Part shown: positions 7,058 through 12,880 of the stretch, in pieces | How positions within the stretch are numbered: the first letter of the stretch is position 1 | How the letters are laid out: every line of letters begins with the position of its first letter | Assembly: GCA_050014495.1 (NCBI GenBank) | Contig: JBEKDF010000053.1 | Location: 1 to 12,880 of the forward strand | Direction: 5' to 3' | Length of the DNA: 12,880 bases | Origin: Candidatus Bathyarchaeia archaeon | GTDB lineage: Archaea > Thermoproteota > Bathyarchaeia > TCS64 | The notes under the pieces: generated by a model | What the model was told of the DNA's origin: nothing | Databases searched by the model: none | What the model saw: only the letters and a program-made list of their open reading frames with translations | Translations under genes and position numbers: made by a program

Positions 7058-7864
7058 GTGCTTACGCCAGAGCAGATCGGGAGGTTCTACCGTCAGTGGA
7101 GGCCCTCGGATGTTCATCGGAGCTGGCCCCAGCTCTGGAATAAGCATTATAGAATAAGGGTCCAGGATGACATTTTCATCAAGCTAAACAAGCATCGCAG
7201 CCGACTCGGTTTCGATTCCCTGCGTAGGCTCTGCCTGGAGTATGCTCCCGGGAACATCTACATGAGTGTCCTCAATTGGATGATGCCTGAGAGGGTAGGC
7301 GATAAGAGGGCCTCAGTGGGGGCCTATCCAATAGGCGGTGAATATGTTATCGACATCGATTCATATCTTAATTATAAGAAACACAATCACCACACTGAGG
7401 ATGGAGTCTGCGAGGGCTGTCTAGAGGGTTCCAAGCAGCTCACCGAGAGGTTTATTGACGAGGTTAAGCAGAATTACAGCGACTTAAGGATCGTATTCAG
7501 TGGCAAATCTGGCTTTCATATCCACGTCCTGGACTTCGAGGTTAGGGATTGGGTGAGATATGATGAGAGGTACCCGCTGAGAAGCCACGCTGCGGCCCGG
7601 TTCATGTACTCGACCATCCTGAATGATTCGGTGAAGGGCTTCGATAGGCACCACTTTATACTAAGCTCAGATGTACTAAGGGTCATTACCTTCCCCGAGT
7701 CGCTGAACGGTGAGACGGGGCTCGTCTGCTCCCACCTCGGCGGTGCCATAGAGTTCAACAGCCTGAAGGTCTACGAGATCCTAGAAGGCGCGAAGTCTGC
7801 AAAAGGTCTAACTTCAGGATTCAATTTTGTAAGTGCAGATAAAATACGAAAGATAATTATTTAA
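7058..7864 (+). CDS. Archaeo-eukaryotic primase (PriS-like primase/polymerase)
   Basis: AEP motif I EYVIDID, motif II FSGKSGFHIHV, SDVLRVITFPESLN resembling motif III (D..R...P.SL), and a putative Zn site H..H....C..C. Confidence 0.85.
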   Translation: MLTPEQIGRFYRQWRPSDVHRSWPQLWNKHYRIRVQDDIFIKLNKHRSRLGFDSLRRLCLEYAPGNIYMSVLNWMMPERVGDKRASVGAYPIGGEYVIDIDSYLNYKKHNHHTEDGVCEGCLEGSKQLTERFIDEVKQNYSDLRIVFSGKSGFHIHVLDFEVRDWVRYDERYPLRSHAAARFMYSTILNDSVKGFDRHHFILSSDVLRVITFPESLNGETGLVCSHLGGAIEFNSLKVYEILEGAKSAKGLTSGFNFVSADKIRKIII

Positions 7865-8393
7865 CTATAAAAAATGATAACTTTTTGATTATTAAGCCAA
7901 TAAGGATGGATCTAATTATTATCATATAAGGAAAATTCATAAAAAATATAGTTAATAGAATAATAGAATAGATGGAAGCTTCTAATAACTCTGATAATTT
8001 ATATGCGGTCTTATTGGCAAGTTGCATTTGTGAATAAGCAGTTCTCCAAGGCAACTCTTGTTCGAGTAAGGTTTTCATACTAATTGTTCTTGATTTAATA
8101 ATTACCTTAAGATTATCAGTTGCCACCAAACCTCTAATAATGAATAAAATTAAGCTGAAGAAAAATAAAGAATTAAAAAACCCAAGAGAATCAATTAAAC
8201 TAAAACCTAAAATTAATGCAACTTCAAGAATAATATCTTGCGTGTATTTTCCCTGTGCAAGCTGACTTCTAACTCTTGTATTCCGTTCTAGTTCGATCCC
8301 ACCCTCTCTTGTAAAAATGTAAGTAGTATAGAAATCTGCTAAAGCTCCTACACTTATAAGAATTAAACCTAAAGTAAAAATGGCTAAGTCCAA
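7857..8393 (-). CDS. Multi-pass membrane protein (DUF5658-like motif)
   Basis: Several hydrophobic helices and an ADFYTTY...GxExxxN motif; very AT-rich; converges on and overlaps the primase stop. Confidence 0.65.
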   Translation of the reverse strand: MDLAIFTLGLILISVGALADFYTTYIFTREGGIELERNTRVRSQLAQGKYTQDIILEVALILGFSLIDSLGFFNSLFFFSLILFIIRGLVATDNLKVIIKSRTISMKTLLEQELPWRTAYSQMQLANKTAYKLSELLEASIYSIILLTIFFMNFPYMIIIRSILIGLIIKKLSFFIVK

Positions 8394-8450
8394 CTAACCT
8401 TCATCGTCCATATTACCCTTTGCATTAGTTACCAGATATAATAATTAAGG

Positions 8451-8553
8451 CAACATTCACTCGTCTGCCTCCTACTCAGATGTGCTTAGGTTTATTAAAA
8501 ATTGAGAATGAATCCAATTGCTTGAGGTCCAATCATTGAATGTTTTAATCACC
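8451..8553 (+). repeat. Repeat family C copy 1 (degenerate upstream region plus 5' stub of the 9574 gene)
   Basis: 8451-8493 matches 9491-9533 at 37/43 positions. Weaker similarity continues through TGAGGTCC...CATTGA and TTG-AAT-GTT-TTA-ATC-ACC versus TTG-AGT-ATC-ATG-GTC-ACA. Confidence 0.8.
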
Positions 8554-8606
8554 TGCCTGCGCTGTATCCTTAGATGCTCTAATCTTGTTGGAACAAGAGC
8601 GAGAAA

Positions 8607-9419
8607 TCAAAAAATTTTAGTCGCGCCTTGGAAAGTTGGATCATACCTTGGTTCTGTATGTTGAACGATGTCACTTCCTCTTTTTTGAGTCCATCGATCT
8701 CCTTCTCTTTCAGTAATTATCCAAGTTTCACTTGAGCCCAAAAATTCAGCTTGAGTGACCCAGTTAAACTGATTTTTACTCAATATAGCCGTTTGAATTA
8801 AACCACCAACATATCTCGAGACTTGTGGTACTATTATGTCATTACTTAAAACTACAGAACAATAATTTAGCCAATCCAACGGGTTGTCATTTAACACTTT
8901 TCCAGATTTACAATATTCATCAAGTTTCTGATGGAATAAGTTTCTTGTGGATTCATTTGCCCCAATAGCATATAACCCATCAACTATTTCTGCATGAAAA
9001 GGAAAGGGTGAATCGTTTCTTAACAAATATAGGTCCGGACTATTTTCATAACGTCCCCATATCCCAATTAAAAAATATAAAGGGGAATTCTCGGTTCGTC
9101 CCTTCTGTAATTGTGAATATTTTTCTCGAGCAATATTTTGAAGATTATCTATTTTTTCAAATGTACTTTTATTAGAATTAACTTGCAGATAATTCTTAAA
9201 TGATTTAATACATTCTAGAGCCCCATGCACCCATCCAGCATATACTAGCCCTACGTCATTTGATAATGAAAATATTTTAGGTCCGACATCGTTTATTTCA
9301 TTTGTAACATTATCAGTAAATCGACTATCAGTCAAAAAAATTATACCTTGGGGTCCGGGTCCTCCAGGTGCTGTCTTAAAAATCCCCCAGGGATATTTTC
9401 CAGCAATAGATAATGTCAT
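8607..9419 (-). CDS. Proteasome beta-subunit-like Ntn hydrolase
   Basis: ATG 9419 gives Met-Thr (Thr1 nucleophile), followed by TDSR, PKI, YAG, YAIG and VGG in the order expected for the proteasome/HslV fold. The ORF track start is TTG 9431. Confidence 0.75.
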   Translation of the reverse strand: MTLSIAGKYPWGIFKTAPGGPGPQGIIFLTDSRFTDNVTNEINDVGPKIFSLSNDVGLVYAGWVHGALECIKSFKNYLQVNSNKSTFEKIDNLQNIAREKYSQLQKGRTENSPLYFLIGIWGRYENSPDLYLLRNDSPFPFHAEIVDGLYAIGANESTRNLFHQKLDEYCKSGKVLNDNPLDWLNYCSVVLSNDIIVPQVSRYVGGLIQTAILSKNQFNWVTQAEFLGSSETWIITEREGDRWTQKRGSDIVQHTEPRYDPTFQGATKIF

Positions 9420-9490
9420 TATTTTTGACAATGCTATTTTGAAATTTATTGTTTGTGAACTATTTTTACATTCTTAGAAGGTTATCTAGT

Positions 9491-9591
9491 CGACATTCAC
9501 TCTACTGTCTCCTACTCGGATGTGCCTAGGTTTTAAGAGGTTGAGCGAGCCGCCACTCGATGAGGTCCCTGCATTGAGTATCATGGTCACA
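9491..9591 (+). repeat. Repeat family C copy 2 (upstream region and start of the 9574 gene)
   Basis: Direct repeat of 8451-8553. Confidence 0.8.
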
Positions 9592-9951
9592 TTGAGCCAG
9601 AGTCAAGTAGAGAAGCTGCTTAGCATTATCGAAGAGAGTGAGAAGTGCCTACTAGAAGCCCGAAGCATCCTCAGCATGAATGCCTCAACCAGAACAGTCC
9701 AATCACCTACTAATCAAACGACTCCAAGTATAGAGTACATCAAGTGGAGGATCAAGGGCGGCAGCTCAGCGGGTCCCAATGATGACTTCGCGTTCGACTT
9801 CACACAGGACAGGGATGGGAATGTGTCGCGAGAGAAAGCACCGATTATCGATTACATCAAGCAGAAGGGCCCATTCCAAGTTGAGGGTTATGAAGTCAAT
9901 CTAAGCAAGGATGGCAAGTTCCTCCAGCGGAAGAAGGTGGGAACCACTTGA
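9574..9951 (+). CDS. Hypothetical protein (N-terminal helix, low-complexity linker, C-terminal small domain)
   Basis: In frame with ORF 9520..9951. A GAGGT RBS favours a start at TTG 9574 or ATG 9583. Confidence 0.75.
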   Translation: MSIMVTLSQSQVEKLLSIIEESEKCLLEARSILSMNASTRTVQSPTNQTTPSIEYIKWRIKGGSSAGPNDDFAFDFTQDRDGNVSREKAPIIDYIKQKGPFQVEGYEVNLSKDGKFLQRKKVGTT

Positions 9952-10229
9952 TTCAGGAACTTGAAGCCCTGGACTTCGTCGGCGAGATGAGTCAAGCGAC
10001 CGGCGTAAAAGTCGCAATCGGTGTGAATACCTACATCGAGGAATCGGACCCGTTCTCCGAGTATGTGATCCTCATAGACCCCTCCAGTTTTAGTGATGAG
10101 GATGAGTCGAAGCTGGAGGAGTACTCTACGAGGAGAGGAGTAAGAATAGTCGAATCTTGGAATGATTGGGGTAGGTTCCTGAAGATCATGAAGCTGAGGA
10201 CCGTGTTCGTCTCCGCATTCTCACCCTGA
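9948..10229 (+). CDS. Acidic hypothetical protein
   Basis: 93 aa, TTGA overlap with the upstream ORF; its stop is at the start of the 66-bp repeat. Confidence 0.7.
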   Translation: MIQELEALDFVGEMSQATGVKVAIGVNTYIEESDPFSEYVILIDPSSFSDEDESKLEEYSTRRGVRIVESWNDWGRFLKIMKLRTVFVSAFSP

Positions 10230-10291
10230 GCCCCTTAATGAAGGGACGGTGATATTGGCGCATAAGGACGTGGAGCGGAGCGGGGGTGAGG
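10226..10291 (+). repeat. Repeat family D copy 1 (66 bp)
   Basis: CTGAGCCCCTTAATGAAGGGACGGTGATATTGGCGCATAAGGACGTGGAGCGGAGCGGGGGTGAGG; 63/66 identical to 10618-10683; internal CCCTT-N4-AAGGG hairpin. Confidence 0.9.
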
Positions 10292-10324
10292 CAATGAGGC
10301 TCCCGACGTGATTCTTGGTGAAAA

Positions 10325-10621
10325 ATGATGAAAGACTTCGAGGAAGCATCTAGGAAGGTTTGGGAAGATAGTCTGTGGCGGTTTGAGGGTGAAGCGATGA
10401 AGGCATTATCGGACCCGGGGGACCGTCAAGCGCTCACGGATATGATAAACGAGTGGAAGCGATTGGGTGAGTCTACCCTGTTGAAGCTCTCCCAGAATCA
10501 GCCGTGGAATATGCCTCTATACTTCGCCCTCTCCGCTGCAATACTCAACAGGAGAGAGATAATCAGGCTCAGAAAGAGTCTGGTTACCAGCGGGGAAAAC
10601 ATGGCTTCACTCCTACACTGA
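10325..10621 (+). CDS. Hypothetical helical protein
   Basis: 98 aa with a GGTGA RBS upstream; its stop is at the start of the second 66-bp repeat. Confidence 0.75.
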   Translation: MMKDFEEASRKVWEDSLWRFEGEAMKALSDPGDRQALTDMINEWKRLGESTLLKLSQNQPWNMPLYFALSAAILNRREIIRLRKSLVTSGENMASLLH

Positions 10622-10683
10622 GCCCCTTGATGAAGGGACGGTGATATTGGCGCATAAGGACATGGGGCGGAGCGGGGGTGAGG
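10618..10683 (+). repeat. Repeat family D copy 2 (66 bp)
   Basis: Three mismatches to 10226-10291. Confidence 0.9.
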
Positions 10684-10779
10684 TGTCTAGGTATAGGGAT
10701 AGGTACCTGTCGAGAATGGGTATTAGGAAGTCCCTGGGTCTTGGGGCCTCGCCTTTTTATGACGGTGGCTTCAAGGCTT

Positions 10780-10827
10780 CTCAATAGTCTTATCCAAACT
10801 TCAACCTGACTCTAACCCAGTGATTCT
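10780..10827 (+). repeat. Main array repeat A copy 4
   Basis: CTCAATAGTCTTATCCAAACTTCAACCTGACTCTAACCCAGTGATTCT, then ATG 10828. Confidence 0.9.
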
Positions 10828-11349
10828 ATGGTTGATGCGCAGACCATTGGAGTATTAGTTACAGCAGCGAGTGTGACGGTAGCTGCTATCTATTACATAG
10901 TTAATCTGAGGGAGACCACCAAAAACAGGCGAGCCACCCTGACAAACAACATCATACAACCATTCACCACGAAGGAGTTCGCTAAGGACTGGCTAGCCCT
11001 CGTGAGCATGAGGTGGGATGGCTTCGAGGACTTCCAGAAAAAGTATGACTCAAGGGTCAACCCCGAGAACTTCGCCCTGAGAATATCCTTCTGGAACCTC
11101 TGCGACTCAATCGGATACCAGTATAGGAGTGGCTTAATCGACATAGGAACCGTATACAACGTCGCCGGCATCTGGATTGCTGACGCGTGGTTCATGTTTG
11201 GACCGGTAATTAGGGAGTATCGGAAATTGGATTACCCTAAGAACATATATGAGAACTTCGAGTATCTAGCTGATGTTCTCGGTAAGATGATTGGACAAAA
11301 GGATTCTGATTGGGATAAGAAGATGGAGCAGGTTGTCTTAACTCATTAG
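10828..11349 (+). CDS. Single-TM 'MVDAQT' family protein, paralog 2 (DUF4760-like)
   Basis: MVDAQTIGVLVTAASVTVAAIYY N-terminus, WDGFEDFQKKY, GLID and FEYL; ends 5 nt before the next repeat. Confidence 0.88.
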   Translation: MVDAQTIGVLVTAASVTVAAIYYIVNLRETTKNRRATLTNNIIQPFTTKEFAKDWLALVSMRWDGFEDFQKKYDSRVNPENFALRISFWNLCDSIGYQYRSGLIDIGTVYNVAGIWIADAWFMFGPVIREYRKLDYPKNIYENFEYLADVLGKMIGQKDSDWDKKMEQVVLTH

Positions 11350-11354
11350 GTAAC

Positions 11355-11392
11355 CTCAATAGCCTTATCCTCACTTCCACCTGACTCTAATC
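11355..11392 (+). repeat. Main array repeat A copy 5
   Basis: CTCAATAGCCTTATCCTCACTTCCACCTGACTCTAATC, truncated before CAGTGA and abutting the nitroreductase stop. Confidence 0.92.
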
Positions 11393-11396
11393 TCTT

Positions 11397-11954
11397 TCAT
11401 TTTATCCATTTTAATATGTTAGGCTTGTTCCTCTTACCCGATCCCTGCTTGTTCTTTGGGTAGCCAAGAATCAGAGACACCATCACATCGTACCCCTCGG
11501 GTACCCCGACCTTACTCATAACCTCCGGTTTACTCCCCACAAGCACGTCGATCCAACCCATGTAGCAGGTCCCCAGACCCAGCTCGTACGCCTTCAGGGA
11601 CATGTTCTGCTCGGCGAGCGCGCTGTCAATCAGATTAGAGTGACTGAATGACTTGTCAGTCTCCGCGCATATCAGGATCAGTACCGGAGCATCATAGCAA
11701 ATTATGTCTTCGCTGGTCTCAAACCGCTTAGCGAACAGGGGAAACGCCTCGCTCACGGCTTTCTTGGCTTCATCGGAGACGTATCTGATGGTGTCCCTGT
11801 TCTCAATTATGAAGAAGCGCCACGGTTGCCGACCCATCGCCGTCGCCGCCCAGACGCCGGCTTCGAGTATGGCTTCGATCTTCTCCTTCGGGACGGGTTC
11901 GGCTGTGTAGGCTCTTACGCTTCTCCTACCCTTGATGCATGTCTCAAGTTCCAT
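11397..11954 (-). CDS. Nitroreductase family protein
   Basis: IKGRRSVRAY, A-T-AMGRQPWRF, APVLI, D...A..N..LxAxELGLGTCY and LGYP. ATG 11954 is preferred over GTG 11972. Confidence 0.93.
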   Translation of the reverse strand: MELETCIKGRRSVRAYTAEPVPKEKIEAILEAGVWAATAMGRQPWRFFIIENRDTIRYVSDEAKKAVSEAFPLFAKRFETSEDIICYDAPVLILICAETDKSFSHSNLIDSALAEQNMSLKAYELGLGTCYMGWIDVLVGSKPEVMSKVGVPEGYDVMVSLILGYPKNKQGSGKRNKPNILKWIK

Positions 11955-12001
11955 GTGTAGATGTCGGTACACTACTTTTATTCAAAGTTTGAGTTGTGTT
12001 C

Positions 12002-12049
12002 CTCAATAGCCTTATCCTCACTCCTACCTGACTCTAACCCAGTGATTCT
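12002..12049 (+). repeat. Main array repeat A copy 6
   Basis: CTCAATAGCCTTATCCTCACTCCTACCTGACTCTAACCCAGTGATTCT, then ATG 12050. Confidence 0.92.
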
Positions 12050-12598
12050 ATGGTTGATGCGCAGACCATTGGAGTATTAGTTACAGCAACAAGCGTGACT
12101 GTGGCAGCGGTCTACTACATTATGACCCTGAGGACCCAGCGGATGAACATGAAGAACACCCTGGAAACGCGGAGAATAGGAGTAGTCCAGAACATGATGA
12201 CTGCCCTTAGCAGCTTTGAAGGGCAGAAAGCTGGAATAGAAACGGCTAACTTCGAGTGGAAGGACTACGAGGACTTCGAGAGGAAGTATGGAACAGACAA
12301 TGATGTGGACGCCGCTGCTAAGAGGTTCATGTTGTGGCAATCCTGGAATGGTATGGGCTTGATGCTCCGCAGGGGGATGATCGAAGCCGAGGATCTCTAT
12401 GACATAGGAGGGTCAATGGTGGTTATGCACTGGAAAAAGTGGGAGCCAATAGTTCAAGAGATTAGGAGGAGGTATTGGGGTTCGGATTATCTTAGAGACT
12501 TTGAGTACCTGAATGATGAGATGATGAAGATTAAGATAATGAGGGATTCCTCGTACAAGGTACCTGAGACCTTTTTCAAGTATGTACCAGATAAGTGA
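12050..12598 (+). CDS. Single-TM 'MVDAQT' family protein, paralog 3 (DUF4760-like)
   Basis: MVDAQTIGVLVTATSVTVAAVYY, WKDYEDFERKYG, GMI and DFEYL. Confidence 0.88.
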   Translation: MVDAQTIGVLVTATSVTVAAVYYIMTLRTQRMNMKNTLETRRIGVVQNMMTALSSFEGQKAGIETANFEWKDYEDFERKYGTDNDVDAAAKRFMLWQSWNGMGLMLRRGMIEAEDLYDIGGSMVVMHWKKWEPIVQEIRRRYWGSDYLRDFEYLNDEMMKIKIMRDSSYKVPETFFKYVPDK

Positions 12599-12606
12599 CC
12601 GCATCC

Positions 12607-12684
12607 TTACAAAGTCTTATCCTCACTTCCACCTGACTCTAATCAGTGATTCTATGGTCGATGCGCAGACGATTGGAGTGTTAG
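12607..12684 (+). repeat. Main array repeat A copy 7, extending into a truncated MVDAQTIGVL stub
   Basis: TTACAAAGTCTTATCCTCACTTCCACCTGACTCTAATCAGTGATTCT-ATGGTCGATGCGCAGACGATTGGAGTGTTAG. Confidence 0.9.
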
Positions 12685-12740
12685 CATTGCAATTCGTGAC
12701 AATTCGATATTTCAGTTTGGCAGCAGCACCAGGGCTATGA
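12654..12740 (+). pseudogene. Truncated MVDAQT-family stub (MVDAQTIGVLALQFVTIRYFSLAAAPGL*)
   Basis: The first 10 codons match the paralogs, then unrelated sequence and a stop at 12738-12740. Confidence 0.7.
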
Positions 12741-12754
12741 CAAGATGTTTTTAT

Positions 12755-12778
12755 CTCAATAGCCTTATCCTCAGTTCA
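12755..12778 (+). repeat. Main array repeat A copy 8 (shortest)
   Basis: CTCAATAGCCTTATCCTCAGTTCA, then diverges. Confidence 0.85.
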
Positions 12779-12803
12779 CTTTAATCCTTATGTGTGAAGA
12801 TAC

Positions 12804-12880
12804 TTGCCAAAAATTAAGTTAAATGGGGTAGAGTTCTACTACGAAGTCCATGGAGAGGGCTATCCGCTGATAATGATCCA
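12804..12880 (+). CDS. Alpha/beta hydrolase, partial 5' end running off the window
   Basis: TTG 12804 gives MPKIKLNGVEFYYEVHGEGYPLIMI(H), a typical alpha/beta-hydrolase N-terminus (YYExxGxGxPLxxIHG). Confidence 0.8.
   Translation, partial: MPKIKLNGVEFYYEVHGEGYPLIMI

Larger units (their letters stand above)
3160..10779. mobile_element. Putative integrated element or composite island between repeat copies 3 and 4
   Basis: Contains a tyrosine recombinase, an AEP primase, a DUF5131-like gene and visibly AT-rich blocks (about 4070-5800 and 7860-9480). The boundaries are inferred from the flanking repeats only. Confidence 0.55.

Noticed and set aside
9520..9573. ORF-track N-terminal extension (ATG 9520)
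   Set aside because: It lies within the duplicated upstream repeat, and the RBS position favours 9574 or 9583.
10828..12598. Diversity-generating retroelement acting on the paralogs
   Set aside because: No reverse transcriptase is present and no TR/VR pair differing only at adenines was seen.
763..12604. Short alternative-frame or antisense ORFs (763, 1382, 1751, 3274, 4048, 5308, 5718, 6194, 6951, 7516, 10584, 10893, 11704, 12077, 12413)
   Set aside because: They overlap better-supported genes or repeats and have no recognisable motifs.
1335..12778. CRISPR array interpretation of the A repeats
   Set aside because: Spacing is irregular (148-7671 bp), the intervals contain whole genes, the repeats vary in length and no cas gene is visible.

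Overview
Probably archaeal accessory DNA (GGTGA/GAGG-type RBSs, frequent TTG/GTG starts; Bathyarchaeia-like gene content is an inference). The main structure is an array of same-orientation direct repeats. Eight copies of CTCAATAGCCTTATCCTCACTTCCACCTGACTCTAA(CCCAGTGATTCTATGGTTGATGCGCAGAC...) start at about 1335, 1971, 3109, 10780, 11355, 12002, 12607 and 12755. Two G-rich variants at about 133 and 1248 share only the ATAGYCTTATCC core. The repeats separate gene-sized cassettes: three paralogous single-TM 'MVDAQT' proteins (DUF4760-like), a frameshifted VOC gene plus a PPC/DUF296 gene, a nitroreductase, a partial alpha/beta hydrolase and a membrane-anchored protein. The repeats share a fixed left edge but have ragged right edges, and two run into truncated MVDxQTIG stubs. 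One inter-repeat interval (about 3160-10779, 7.6 kb) is a mobile-element-like island. It encodes a DUF5131-like CxxxCxxC protein, small AT-rich ORFs, a catalytic-domain-only tyrosine recombinase, a stand-alone AEP/PriS-like primase and a proteasome-beta-like Ntn hydrolase. The island also holds two further direct-repeat pairs (8451/9491 and 10226/10618), each bracketing one gene. The whole resembles an integron-like gene-capture platform that does not use attC sites, but the mechanism is inferred, not shown.
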